From assembly GCA_019683625.1 (NCBI GenBank), contig JADGHY010000001.1:1-48327 (forward strand): a stretch of DNA of 48,327 nucleotides, read 5' to 3'. Source of the stretch: Thermoflavifilum sp. (GTDB taxonomy: Bacteria; Bacteroidota; Bacteroidia; Chitinophagales; Chitinophagaceae). The position numbers and the translations under genes are program-made. Positions 19,906 to 31,000 of this stretch are shown in pieces; position 1 is the stretch's first letter; every line of letters begins with the position of its first letter. The notes beneath the pieces are model-generated. The model made no database searches. It saw nothing but the letters and a program-made list of their open reading frames with translations, and was not told the origin of the DNA.

Positions 19906-20048
19906 CGCTTATCCATCAGCCATACGAAGATAGCAAGAAGCGGAAAAACTGTTTTGCAGGCAAACGCCTGCAGCAACTATCCTTACCGCAAACCGAATCT
20001 GTGCCATTCTTTCAGCATACCCATCCGGAAAAGCAGAAAAGGGATTAA

Positions 20049-21107
20049 TCATGGATGAGGCTGATGAGAAAGATAAGACCAGATGGCCGGGTCTTCTGCA
20101 CCCAATACCCAGGCAGATATACCACGGAGATGATATTTGGCAGCCAGCTGCCATCGGGCAGCAAAAGCCCGCGCATCTTCAATAAACAGCCAGTCAAACA
20201 CGCCTCCATTTTCCCAGTAGGCCATGGTTTCTTTTTGATCGTTGAGCCATTGGGGATGCAATTGAAAACGATGGATGAGATCCTGTGCAGTGGCATAATT
20301 GATTTCATCGCGTGTACTGCGGGCTCCGTGCAGCGGATCGCCTACCGGATACCAGTAATCCGAATATAAGGGTACACCCAGGGAAAACTTCTCCGCAGGA
20401 ATACCTAAGCTCAGCACATATTGGATAATGCGTTCCATCCAGGGATAACCGGCTACTGGCCCGGGCGGCGTCAAAGCCGTATGCTGATCATAGGTCATGA
20501 TGGAAACGAAATCACTTACTGCTGCAATGGCCGGCAGATCAAAAGCACCTGACCAGTTTTCATACATATATCGTTCATACGAAGGGTGGGCATTCATAGG
20601 GATTGACTGCTCTGCCTTCACCACAGCGCAGGAAATCCATAGCCCATGCGCATGCAGGCTATCTGCAGCCTGTTTGTAAAAAGAAGTGTAGGCCTCCCGA
20701 TCGGTTACAGATACATTTTCCAAATCAAACTGCCAGCCGGCATAATGAAATTGTGCAGCGTATTGCAACATCATACGAATAGCTTCCTGTCGCGATGCCG
20801 GCCGATTCAGCAATTCATGGATCGCACGCTGATCGAAAGAAGCAAACAAAGGCATTACCCGGATATGTTTTTGCTGGGCAACGGCTAAAATGCGCAAATC
20901 CATCTCGCCATATATCACTCCCAGGCTGTCAATCTGATAAACATCCGGACAAACAATAGATATCTCATCGGCGTGCTGAAAAAAAGATTGTTTGCTTTCC
21001 ATAGCATTCACCAAGTAAAACAACCGTTCGCCCTGGAAAGATTGACCAAACAAGCTGCTAGCCGATACGCCCAAGAGGCTTAAGCAAAGAATGAAAAACA
21101 ATTTCAT
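20049..21107 (-). CDS. GH18 family glycoside hydrolase, secreted (YdhD/SleL-like)
   Basis: YAGWQFDLE (variant of DxxDxDxE), IMTYDQH, LGVPLY and RGISAWVLG motifs; signal peptide. Confidence 0.85.
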   Translation of the reverse strand: MKLFFILCLSLLGVSASSLFGQSFQGERLFYLVNAMESKQSFFQHADEISIVCPDVYQIDSLGVIYGEMDLRILAVAQQKHIRVMPLFASFDQRAIHELLNRPASRQEAIRMMLQYAAQFHYAGWQFDLENVSVTDREAYTSFYKQAADSLHAHGLWISCAVVKAEQSIPMNAHPSYERYMYENWSGAFDLPAIAAVSDFVSIMTYDQHTALTPPGPVAGYPWMERIIQYVLSLGIPAEKFSLGVPLYSDYWYPVGDPLHGARSTRDEINYATAQDLIHRFQLHPQWLNDQKETMAYWENGGVFDWLFIEDARAFAARWQLAAKYHLRGISAWVLGAEDPAIWSYLSHQPHP

Positions 21108-21185
21108 ATTCCGGAAAATGCGTCAAAGGCTAAGGTAGTATCCTTTTTCCAGAATAACAGGTTTCAAGGAAATTGATTCCGGGAA

Positions 21186-22979
21186 TTATGGACGAAGATA
21201 TTCCGCTCGCAGGGCATTTACGAGATATACCAGGGGAGCGTTCCAGTTAATCGCAATTTCATTACAGGCATAAGCACAAGTTTCATCCACATAAGCGGCG
21301 TCGGCTGCATGGGTGGGATAACCGGCACAATGATCCTGCATGGCCGGGTTAGGCCCGCCCACCAGCAATCCCGGCACAGGTGCTTCTATGCCATCCGATG
21401 CTGAGGGCCTGTGATGGGGATGCATGGGGGAAAGGGTACCGAAGCCGGTAATAAAACAATAGCCTGTGGCATTGCGACCCAGCAAGTAATCCAAATTGCT
21501 TTGCGCAGCCTGCAGGTATTTAGGGTTATGAGTCAGGCGCCAGGCATAGATCATGACCAGGCCCTGATTGGCAGCTACTGCATTGCTGCCCCAGACAAAG
21601 TCACTCTGCCGGCCGCCCATAACCGTGGCAAAAGCCCTAAACGGATGTTGCAACAGCGAATCGGCAAGTTGCAAGAATTGCTTTTGCAGGCGGCTGAGAA
21701 AAACCGCATCTTCTCCGGCGCGTTGAGAGCGAAATCTGAACAGACTGAAATAGGCCAGGGTGCGCACATCCGACCAGGTGGGCACGCTGGGTGGCAGAAA
21801 TGCCAATGCCTGCATTTTTTGCCAATAGCCTGCTTCGCCGGTACTAAGCCAGAGTTCGGTGGCGGCCCAACACCATTCATCCTGCAAATGATTATCCCCA
21901 TAAGCTCCCGTGGTGATTGGCGGATGAAATGCTTGATTAAGTTTTTGCTGATCATACACGATATGTGGATGCTGCAAAGCCCATTGCCATGCCCGCTGTG
22001 CTGCCAGCAGGCAGCTATCCGACAAGCCGGGTAGCCGATGAGCGAATGCCCTAAAAACACGTGCGGCCTGGGCCATCACCGCCGCAAAGTCTAGTGCGGC
22101 AGCCGTGCTTTTTTGCACCACAAAGCGCGGGGAATGGTCGGCAGCCGGCATTTCAAAACCATCAAACGATGCGGAACTAAGCTTGTGATACACCCCTCCA
22201 TCGTATGGATCCTGCATGGCCAGCATCCAGCGCAGATTCCACAGCACTTCATTTAATATATCGGGGATGCCATTGCCTGTCTCCGGAATATGGGTCTGCA
22301 AGCTATCCCAATAAGCAGGAGCATCTTCGTAGGCATCCAACAGCGTGGCCATGGTGATACCGCTGTTCACCACATACTTGTTGTAATCACCTGCATCATA
22401 CCATCCACCCGGCGCTGAAATGATGCTGCCGGTAGGCCGATGGGCAGAGGCGGCTGAAGGATGTATATACACCAGCGTGTCGGGATGACCGGCAGCGCGA
22501 GCCCATTTGCCTGCATAGGCAGGCTGTAACGTTTCCGAACATCGTAAAAAATAATAAGCTTTTAATACCGAAGGGGCCAAGCTGGCATAAGGATCTTCTG
22601 AGAGGATAATGGGTACTGAACAGGTGCCATTGGGCAGGCAAAGCCGATATATGCCTTTCTTGCGATAGGCTGTGAAATCGATGATTTCGCATCTGTTGCC
22701 GGTGTAGCCGTCAAACATGCTCTTGAGCGAGACGCCCTTCCATACAGTATCCTGCCGATGCACTTCAATCAAATAAACCTGAAGAGATGGAGTGCTTGCA
22801 GGGGCACCGTTTATCACCACGGCTATTTTTGGCCCATTCACGGCATAGCCCACCTGATTGATGCAGATCCGGGGTTGAGAAGAGTCGGGCAGAGAGGCAG
22901 CGTGGCTCATTTTCCCTAATAAACAAATTCCCCATATCAGGCAGCACCAGAGCGGATGAAGGATAAAATGTTTTTTCAT
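21186..22979 (-). CDS. GH9 endoglucanase/xyloglucanase with N-terminal Ig-like domain
   Basis: INQVGY, GGWYDAGDYNKY, YLLGRN, HPHHR and NEIAINWNA motifs. Confidence 0.93.
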   Translation of the reverse strand: MKKHFILHPLWCCLIWGICLLGKMSHAASLPDSSQPRICINQVGYAVNGPKIAVVINGAPASTPSLQVYLIEVHRQDTVWKGVSLKSMFDGYTGNRCEIIDFTAYRKKGIYRLCLPNGTCSVPIILSEDPYASLAPSVLKAYYFLRCSETLQPAYAGKWARAAGHPDTLVYIHPSAASAHRPTGSIISAPGGWYDAGDYNKYVVNSGITMATLLDAYEDAPAYWDSLQTHIPETGNGIPDILNEVLWNLRWMLAMQDPYDGGVYHKLSSASFDGFEMPAADHSPRFVVQKSTAAALDFAAVMAQAARVFRAFAHRLPGLSDSCLLAAQRAWQWALQHPHIVYDQQKLNQAFHPPITTGAYGDNHLQDEWCWAATELWLSTGEAGYWQKMQALAFLPPSVPTWSDVRTLAYFSLFRFRSQRAGEDAVFLSRLQKQFLQLADSLLQHPFRAFATVMGGRQSDFVWGSNAVAANQGLVMIYAWRLTHNPKYLQAAQSNLDYLLGRNATGYCFITGFGTLSPMHPHHRPSASDGIEAPVPGLLVGGPNPAMQDHCAGYPTHAADAAYVDETCAYACNEIAINWNAPLVYLVNALRAEYLRP

Positions 22980-22996
22980 TTTCGGGGTATTTATCG

Positions 22997-24763
22997 CTAT
23001 CGGGCAGGTATTTGAAGAAAGGTCACGGATTTGGGAGGAAGCCCCACACGGATGCCACCTGAAGCCGTGGCGCTGTAAGGTAAGATTTGGTTGTAAGCCG
23101 TAGCAGGCCCGCCGGAAACGCCTGCAGGACCTTGTCCATTGATGTACACTTTTCGGGAAAATTCCCCATTATCATTACCACCGGTAAAGGTAAACCAATA
23201 ATACCGGCTGGCCGGTGCAAAATGATTAAGCCTGACTGCCACGGTTTGGGAAGTATTGCCGGTATTAATCAACACCAGCCCTGCTGCCGGGCCTTGCGCG
23301 AAAGAGGAGGCATAACACTTAATATCCTGGCTTCCTTGGACGGTGGAAGCCACCATACGATCGCCAAAATAGCGTTGGAAATACAACATGTAATAAAAGG
23401 CCGGGCGGGGATTCCATTTGGGTGCCCCGGGTTCATCGCCCATGTTGAACAATCCCATGTCGTTTCCGTTATCCCAGCCATTGGCCAGATCCCAGCGGCT
23501 GGCTTCGCCAAACTGGTTCTTGATGAGCTCTCCCAGCACAATGGCTGCCTGCAGCCCGGCTATGTTAGATACCATTTGCATGGAACCTGTGGCAAAGATG
23601 TTCCATTCGGTTAAGGCTATGGGTTTGGGCAGTATGCCGTACTGGGCAAATTGCTGATTTAGGTAACCCATGATGCGAGCAGGCACAGATAGGCCGCTGT
23701 CGATGATTTCAGCTGCCGTGGAATTTTTTTGATAAGGGGTAAAATAATCGTGCACGATGAAGAAGTCTACCGCATTTCCGGCTTCAGTCAACACCCCGGC
23801 ATTCCAGTTTTTATCTGTACTCGTTTGCCAGGAGGCGGGCGGAGCATCGAGCAACTGGGCACCAATGTAAATAGTGGCGCCTATTTCTCTGGCTGCGGCA
23901 CGCATGGAATCGGCAAAGACTTTCACATGCTGGGCATAAAGCTGACCCGTGATGATAGCCGGTTGTCCGTCCTGATTCAGAGAAGGATCTATTTGATAAC
24001 CCGCTTCCCAGACACCATTGCTTTCGTTGCCGATTTCCCAGAAATGCGTTCGCCCATGATCATAGCGAACCCAGTCAGCAGCCAGGTGGGCTGCGGTTTG
24101 TACGGGATGAGGTCCGGTACCATACCGGGCATAAGCATAATTTACGGTGATCATGCCTTGGTTGTGGGTTTGCTGAAGCATTTGATAATAGTGATCAATA
24201 GACAGTGTCCAGTTCTGGGTATTCATGCCATACCAGTAACCTGCAGCCACTTTATGGCCATTGCTGTCATACAGGCTATCGGGGGCATCGGGAGGAGGTG
24301 CAGCCGATTGATTCCAGAAATACACATCGCTGATGCTGCCTCCCGGAGCCCGGATGATATGCGGGGAAAGATCAGTGATGTATTGCAGCAGGGTGGGCTC
24401 TGTAACCATTTGTCCCATCCAGGTATTTGCATTATTGCCAAACACATCCGGTGAAACTTTGGTGATCACCTGATTCATGTCTACCTGAATGGTAGCAGTG
24501 GCGGGGCCGGAAGGGGCTGCGGTATCGCGGTATTGCGCGGGTGCCAGGTATGTTTTAGGTTTCCAGCCATCGAGGAAAAAGCCAATCGTAGCTGCCACAG
24601 GCGGATCTACAGGATGATACACGGTATCAAGCATGCTGCCTGTGGTATCGGCACCGCCGGGATTATTTCCCGGAGTTGGTGAGGATGATTTTTTGCATGC
24701 GGCATATAGCCCGCTTAAAAACAGGCTGATGAGGATAAGTCGGAAAACATTTGCTTGGATCAT
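22997..24763 (-). CDS. Clan GH-A glycoside hydrolase lipoprotein (GH51/GH44/GH79-like, family uncertain)
   Basis: Lipobox YAAC; VFGNN, IRAPGGSISDVYFW, WEIGNE (acid/base), VHDY and ALTEWN (nucleophile) motifs; C-terminal beta-sandwich ending PKSVT. Confidence 0.75.
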   Translation of the reverse strand: MIQANVFRLILISLFLSGLYAACKKSSSPTPGNNPGGADTTGSMLDTVYHPVDPPVAATIGFFLDGWKPKTYLAPAQYRDTAAPSGPATATIQVDMNQVITKVSPDVFGNNANTWMGQMVTEPTLLQYITDLSPHIIRAPGGSISDVYFWNQSAAPPPDAPDSLYDSNGHKVAAGYWYGMNTQNWTLSIDHYYQMLQQTHNQGMITVNYAYARYGTGPHPVQTAAHLAADWVRYDHGRTHFWEIGNESNGVWEAGYQIDPSLNQDGQPAIITGQLYAQHVKVFADSMRAAAREIGATIYIGAQLLDAPPASWQTSTDKNWNAGVLTEAGNAVDFFIVHDYFTPYQKNSTAAEIIDSGLSVPARIMGYLNQQFAQYGILPKPIALTEWNIFATGSMQMVSNIAGLQAAIVLGELIKNQFGEASRWDLANGWDNGNDMGLFNMGDEPGAPKWNPRPAFYYMLYFQRYFGDRMVASTVQGSQDIKCYASSFAQGPAAGLVLINTGNTSQTVAVRLNHFAPASRYYWFTFTGGNDNGEFSRKVYINGQGPAGVSGGPATAYNQILPYSATASGGIRVGLPPKSVTFLQIPAR

Positions 24764-25027
24764 GGGGATGGATTATGAGTAGTTCATGCATTTCGGCTTT
24801 CGAAGCATGAAGGGTTGACCGTTAGTAAATTCATGTTATTCGCCTGTGTTACTTTGGTGGTTTTTGCAAAGCATAGCACTTCCACTGCCGGATAGCCTTC
24901 ACACAAATGATTTTTCCATATTGCTTTACCCTTTTCTCATCAAGACAAGATCCGGGAGATGCTCAAACGAATGGGTAATAGCGATTATTGGGTTTATGGG
25001 AAATGGATTTGCTTTTGGGAATGCCGA

Positions 25028-25088
25028 TTTACCTGTTTGCTGCTTACCCCCGGCAGGGCCGGAGGCAAGCAAAGCAAACGAGGCAGAT
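25028..25088 (-). other. Long stem-loop downstream of the SGBP gene (candidate mRNA-stabilising or REP-like hairpin)
   Basis: Minus strand core GCTTGCCTCCGG-CCCTG-CCGGGGGTAAGC, extended by GTTTGCT/AGCAAAC. The G-U pairs work only on the minus strand, and no U-tract follows. Confidence 0.55.
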
Positions 25089-25103
25089 GCACAGACAAAA
25101 GAT

Positions 25104-26318
25104 TTATTTGATCTTCACGATGCGCACGTTATCAAAGGCCGCATCAAAACCTGAAAGGGGTGTACTGCTGTCGTTGTACAACATCAGCTGGACGGTTGCG
25201 CCCGGGTTACCCCCTGTTAAGCCACTCACGGTAGCTGCGCTGTTGCCGCTGCCATCCTTAAAATTGCTGAGGGGTATGCTTACTGTGATCCAACCCGAGG
25301 TTTGAAAGGTTTTGCTATCGGTTTGTTGCCAGGGGGCCCACACGGCCCAGCGGCTGAAATCGCCATTGATCACCATATGAATGGAACCGTTGCTCCAGGG
25401 GTTTTTCACAAACACCTGAAACTTCAGGGCATAATTGGCTGGCGGATCACCAATGTTAACGTTTGTCCAGTCTGATGCGGCGATCATCACGGCCCGGTTA
25501 TCGGTCCACCACGATCCATCGCCGGCCGGAATAGGACTGGAAGGTTTTACCTCAATATAATTTCCCCAATTGCCCGGGAAAGCCGTGGCATCATTGCTGA
25601 TGATGCCTCCCCACCATTGCCAGCCAAAATGGGGATCTCCATATTCAAAGTTGGCAATCATGCCCGTGGTATTGTAAAAAGCATATTTGCCCACACCCCC
25701 TAAGGTGACCACACTCAACGAATCTGTGGTGGAAACGCTGGCAGGATCCAGGTTGTCGGGCACCACCACTTGCAGCCAGCTTCCATCTTGTGGACCGGTG
25801 AAGCCGCTGGTTACCCTATTGCCTCCCGGAAAATCCACCTCCTGCACGGTATACAAATAAGAGCCCGTGAGCAGAATGGTATCACCCGGTTGCGGAAATT
25901 CATTGCTTACGGATGTGATCACAGGTGGCGGAGGAACAATGGGAATGGTGTAGCTGGCTACTCCGTGGTTGGTAACCACCTTAACCTGATTCATATCCTG
26001 CTGGGCCACACTATCAAAGATGATATCGGGTACTGTCACAATCAGGTTTTCGTTGGTGGTAAAATTGATATTGAAACTGGCCGGCACGCCATCGAAGAAA
26101 ATCTGTTCAACGGTTTCCAGGTTTTTACCCTGAATCACGACCAGTTGTCCGGGTTTCACCACGGTTAAGGTACTATCCACATTTGAGCGATTCAGGGAGC
26201 GCAGTCCCGTGATAACCGGAGCGGCAGTTTCATTTTTCTTGCAGGCACCCAAGGCCATCAGGCCCAGCAAGAGCAGAAGCATGCCTGTGCGGGTATGATG
26301 AAATATTTGGCGTAACAT
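25104..26318 (-). CDS. Surface glycan-binding lipoprotein (SGBP-B-like; IPT/TIG repeats plus C-terminal CBM-like domain)
   Basis: Lipobox LGAC; two Ig/IPT repeats (PGQLVVIQGKNL; PGDTILLTGSYL); Trp-rich C-domain ending FDNVRIVK; follows susD. Likely start is 26318. Confidence 0.85.
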   Translation of the reverse strand: MLRQIFHHTRTGMLLLLLGLMALGACKKNETAAPVITGLRSLNRSNVDSTLTVVKPGQLVVIQGKNLETVEQIFFDGVPASFNINFTTNENLIVTVPDIIFDSVAQQDMNQVKVVTNHGVASYTIPIVPPPPVITSVSNEFPQPGDTILLTGSYLYTVQEVDFPGGNRVTSGFTGPQDGSWLQVVVPDNLDPASVSTTDSLSVVTLGGVGKYAFYNTTGMIANFEYGDPHFGWQWWGGIISNDATAFPGNWGNYIEVKPSSPIPAGDGSWWTDNRAVMIAASDWTNVNIGDPPANYALKFQVFVKNPWSNGSIHMVINGDFSRWAVWAPWQQTDSKTFQTSGWITVSIPLSNFKDGSGNSAATVSGLTGGNPGATVQLMLYNDSSTPLSGFDAAFDNVRIVKIK

Positions 26319-26358
26319 GGTTGTGTGTTTTTGATGAAAATGCATGGCTAAAATGGGA

Positions 26359-27999
26359 TTAGTAATTGGGCAGTTTACTGAAATCAAAGGGTACCGGCGG
26401 ATCATTCAAACTCGGTGCGTTAATCAGTTCCTGCTCAGGATAGGGCAAATACACCGTGGCTTCCGTGAAAGGATAGTACTGCGGCGAATAGGTAACATTG
26501 TATTGCCGAGGGTTGCTGGTACCGGGAATGTATTGAATCGTATAACTGCCCTTGTCTTGATGTGCTACATAGTCCATGGCTTTTTGGGGTGCGAAATAAT
26601 ACCAGCGCAGGATATCATACCAGGCTTCGCCCTCCATGATGGTTTCTGCCCGTTTTTCCTGAAAGATATCGTCAAACGTAATCACCGATTTGGGGGCAAG
26701 CCCTGCACGTTCACGCACGGCATTAAAGTATTTCAATGCTTCTGGGTCGGATGTAGAAGCATTATTGCCTAAGATAGCTTCGGCATAAATGAGGTACACT
26801 TCGGCCAGCCGCAACATATATGTGTTAATATAAGCTGCCATGAATGCGCCGTTTCCGCCATTATCCTTTGGTGAACCCACAACATATTTCTTGATATTGG
26901 AAATGCTGGTCACGGTGTAATGAAGGCCCCCATTATCGGTTTCCAGATCGGGATAATAATCGCCATCAAACATGCAGGTAGCTTTTCTGCGCAGGGAATC
27001 TTCCGGATGGGCCATATAATATCGTACCACATCGGCCGATACGCCCTGTGCAGCTCCCCAGCCATCGCCGGTTTCGGTGAGTTTAGGTTCAAAAGCCACA
27101 TAAGCCTGAAAGGAATTGTTCACACCCCAGGGCTGGCTGAAAGGCATCCATTGCAGGGAAAACAGGCTTTCTGGGTTGTTGTGCGCACTATTGTTATTGG
27201 CGCTGACGAATAATCCATAATAGCTGGGATACAGGCTCATGCCGCTATTATGAATCACATCGCCGGCCAAGATTTTGGCGCTGTCCAGATAGGTTTGATT
27301 ACGGTTACCTTCTGTGCGGCCATATCCGGCCAGGGTGAGGTACATTTTGGCCAGCATGCCTTCGGCCGACCACTTGTTGATCCGTCCCTGGCCTGCAGCC
27401 TGGTAGGGCAAATATTTCACGGCGTACTGAAAATCGCGGATGATGAACTGCCATACACTTTCAATGGTGTTTCGGTGTACGCTATCGTTGAGCTGGGCAA
27501 GGTTATCATAGATGATGGGCACGGCGCCCCAGTTGCTAACCAAATAATAGTAGGCCAATCCGCGCATGAAATGGCATTCGCCCAAGGCCTCGTTGCGTGC
27601 AGCCTCTGATACCTTCCCCTTGCTGTTATACACGTTTTGCATGATCAGATTGCTCTGGGAGATAATCTTGTAAAAAGATTTATATCCGGGCAGCAGCGTG
27701 CTCTGATCGGTGGCCGAAACTGCAAATTGGATGTATGGGGTACGGTCGTTGGATTGCAAATTACCCCCTCGCGCTTCTCCAAAGGCCAGAAAGGCCTTAT
27801 CGTTGTAGTCGAACCACACGATGTTGTACAAAGCTGTGGTAGCCGCCAGCACTTCTTCATCGTTGTTGTAAAAATTGCCCGTGGTTAACTGGTCTATAGG
27901 AGGCCTGTCTAAAAAACTTTTTTTACAGCCACTTCCTATAGCCACCATCAAGGCCATGATCAGCATGAGATAAAATAACTTTTTCATGATGCGAAACAT
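26359..27999 (-). CDS. RagB/SusD family lipoprotein
   Basis: GSGC lipobox; GECHFMRGLAYYYLV, LRLAEVYLIYAEA and EKRAETIMEG motifs. Confidence 0.95.
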   Translation of the reverse strand: MFRIMKKLFYLMLIMALMVAIGSGCKKSFLDRPPIDQLTTGNFYNNDEEVLAATTALYNIVWFDYNDKAFLAFGEARGGNLQSNDRTPYIQFAVSATDQSTLLPGYKSFYKIISQSNLIMQNVYNSKGKVSEAARNEALGECHFMRGLAYYYLVSNWGAVPIIYDNLAQLNDSVHRNTIESVWQFIIRDFQYAVKYLPYQAAGQGRINKWSAEGMLAKMYLTLAGYGRTEGNRNQTYLDSAKILAGDVIHNSGMSLYPSYYGLFVSANNNSAHNNPESLFSLQWMPFSQPWGVNNSFQAYVAFEPKLTETGDGWGAAQGVSADVVRYYMAHPEDSLRRKATCMFDGDYYPDLETDNGGLHYTVTSISNIKKYVVGSPKDNGGNGAFMAAYINTYMLRLAEVYLIYAEAILGNNASTSDPEALKYFNAVRERAGLAPKSVITFDDIFQEKRAETIMEGEAWYDILRWYYFAPQKAMDYVAHQDKGSYTIQYIPGTSNPRQYNVTYSPQYYPFTEATVYLPYPEQELINAPSLNDPPVPFDFSKLPNY

Positions 28000-28014
28000 T
28001 TTCAGGTGAAACCA

Positions 28015-31000
28015 TTAAAAATCGGCCGTCAGGCTCACGGAATACATGCGCACCGAAGGATAGCGTCCGGTATCAACTCCCACCATCAGTGTACCTCCAT
28101 AATTGACCATGCCCACTTCCGGATCGTAGCCTTTATATCCGGTGATGGTGAGCAGATTCTGCACGCTTACCGATGCCTGCAAGCCCGTCATGGAAAGATG
28201 GGAAATCCATTTTCTGGGAAAATGATAAGAAAGGGTCACGTTTTTAATGCGCAGATAGGACCCATTTTCCACAAACCATTGGCTCATCCGGTTATTGCCG
28301 TTCGGATCGCCCGGAGCCACCCTTGGGATATCGTGTCCGGGATTCAGCAGATAAACCGAAGTACTATCGCTGGCGCTGTAGCTGCTTGGCCGCGCAAAAT
28401 TGGCGACCTCGGCCAGATAATTCCCATACACGCCGCTGTTGCCGGGGATGCTAAGCAAATAACGCGGGTAGTCCAGAATATCGTTTCCTACCGACCCTTG
28501 CATGAAAATGTTGAGGTCAAAGTTTTTGTAAGAGAAGCTGTTATTAAATCCAAAGGTGAATTTGGGCCAAGGGTTACCGATGATAATCCGATCGTTCTGA
28601 TCGATGAATCCATCACCGTTGATATCCTTGAATTTGATATCTCCGGGCCAGCTTCCTGTAGCCGGATTGATGGTGAGTTTGCGGTTTGAGGTTTGAATGG
28701 CGTGGGTGGAGATATCTTTATAATCCTGGAATAATCCTTCGGCTATGTATCCGGTGATCATGCTGGCCGGCTGCCCCACCTTAGAAATGAATTCCACCTG
28801 GGTAGCGGCCCATACGGGGTTGATGGTGTTCATCAGAGAAGTGATTTTGTTCCGGTCAAGGGAAAAGGTGAGGCCTGTGCGCCAGCTAAATTCGCGGTGG
28901 TCAATATTTACCGAATTCACTGTTAGGTCAATACCTTTATTTTCCATGCTGCCGGCATTCACCGTGGGCCATTGGATATAGCCCGGGGAATAGCTGATAT
29001 CCCCACCGAGCGTAAAGGGATAGGTGTTAACCGTGATCAGGTTTGTACTTTTCTTGATATAGGCATCTGCTACCACTTCAAGGCGGCTGTTGAACATGTA
29101 CAGGTCAAAGCCCGCATTCAACGTTTTATCGGTTTCCCATTTCAGGTTAGGATTGGGAAATTTCACCAGCAGGAATCCATTTCCCCAGGGGGTAGGTACT
29201 GCCTGGAGGGCAGCGTACACGCCTCCGCCGCCGGCATTTCCCGATTCGCCCCATTCCAGTCGTAGTTTCAGGTCGTTAACTGCCCGCAGGGATCGCATGA
29301 AAGGTTCTTTGGAAATGCGCCAGGCCACGGAGAAGGAGGGGAAATAACCCCAGCGGTAGTTGGGGCCGAAGTTAGAATTCCCATCGGCCCGATAGGTTGC
29401 CTGCAGGATATATTTGTCATTATAGGTATAGTTAATTCTCCCGAAATAGGACTCCTGGGCACCGGAAGCCTTGGAGCTATTGTTGCTGATGTTCGACAGC
29501 GTGCTGGCATCACCGGCAGAGAGTTCCTGCACATCGTTGGTGAGGAAATTTTTGCGGCTGCCAGAGAGGGATTCATACGTCCAGCTTTGGGCTTCGTGAG
29601 CCGCCATCAGCGTAATGTCGTGCTTGCCCAAATTCAGGTGGTATTGCAGGCGATTGTTCACTCCCCACCAATAGTTGTTGGTGGCCATACGTGTGGAGGT
29701 AGCATTATCCTGGGTGACAATAAACCCGCCTGCCTGATATCCGGGGTGGAAAGAGTAATAATTGTAGTATTCAATGCTGGTGTTAAACTCATTATGGAAG
29801 GTAAGGCCTTTGGCCAAGTTCAGGTCAGCATACACCCCGCCGATGATAGCTGCTCGTTTGTTGTAATCATTGTAAATGCTGGCCAGCATCACGGGGTTGG
29901 TAAACTGAAACTGGGTACTGGTTGGGCCTCCCCAGCTGCCATCAGGATTTTTCACCGGCACACTGGGGTTCTGCTGCAAGGCCAGCTGAATGATGCCGCC
30001 ATTGGTGGTATTCACCCGTTCCTTAGTATAGGCTACATTCATATGGGTACCCACCTTAAGCCATTTGGTGGTTTGGTTGTCAAGGTTCAGGCGAAGGGTA
30101 TAACGGGTAAAGCCAGAACCGGGGGCAATACCTTGCTGGTTAAAGTATTCACCGGACAAATAATGGGTGGTGCGCTCGTTGCCACCGCTGATAGAAAATT
30201 GATGTTTTTGCAACAGGGTGCGCCGGTAGAGGGCGTCTTGCCAATCGGTGCCCGGGCCCAGGATGGAAGGATCATAGAATTCCGGCTGGGTGGGCAATCC
30301 TCCCGCACTGTCCATAGCGTTACGGAAAGAAGCATATTGGGGCAAACTCATCACCGGAATATGCTTCGGCTTATCCTGCACGGTGAACAGGGTGCTCACG
30401 GAAATCTTCGACTGGCCGGCTCTTCCCGATTTGGTGGTGATGATTACCACGCCATTACCCCCGGCAGCTCCATAGATAGCCGTGGCCGAAGGGCCTTCCA
30501 AAATATTGATGGAAGCAATGTCGTCGGGATTGATCGTAGAAAGCAGGTTCGAAAAGCCGGTAGGATGGTTGTAGGGATCATCGGCCGGGTTGCCTGGCCT
30601 GATCTGCACGCCATCAATCACGTAAAGGGGTTGTGCATTTTGCGTGAGGGTAGCCAATCCGCGGATAATCACTGAGGGAGCGGCTCCGGGTTGCCCACTC
30701 GGTGACGACACGTACACTCCCGCAGCCCTGCCCTGCAAAGCCTGGTCGAACGTGGTATTGATGGTCCGCTGGATTTCATCACTGCTCACGGTAACCTGCG
30801 AGCTGCTCAGGTCACTTTTTTTCATCTGGCCATAACCCACTACCACTACCTGGTCTAACTGACTATAGCTTTTCGTGAGCCGGATGGCTAAATTGTTTTG
30901 TGGCCCTACAACCACCTGGCGGGGACTGTATCCCAGAAAAGTGAACAGGAGGGTATCACCCGGACTGGCATGAATCACGAATTGCCCCTGAGCATCGCTA

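Noticed and set aside
29587-30675. 362-aa + strand ORF, and other long antisense ORFs such as 4730-5452, 23729-24454 and 28006-28689
   Set aside because: They are shadows of well-supported minus-strand genes and have no recognisable motifs.
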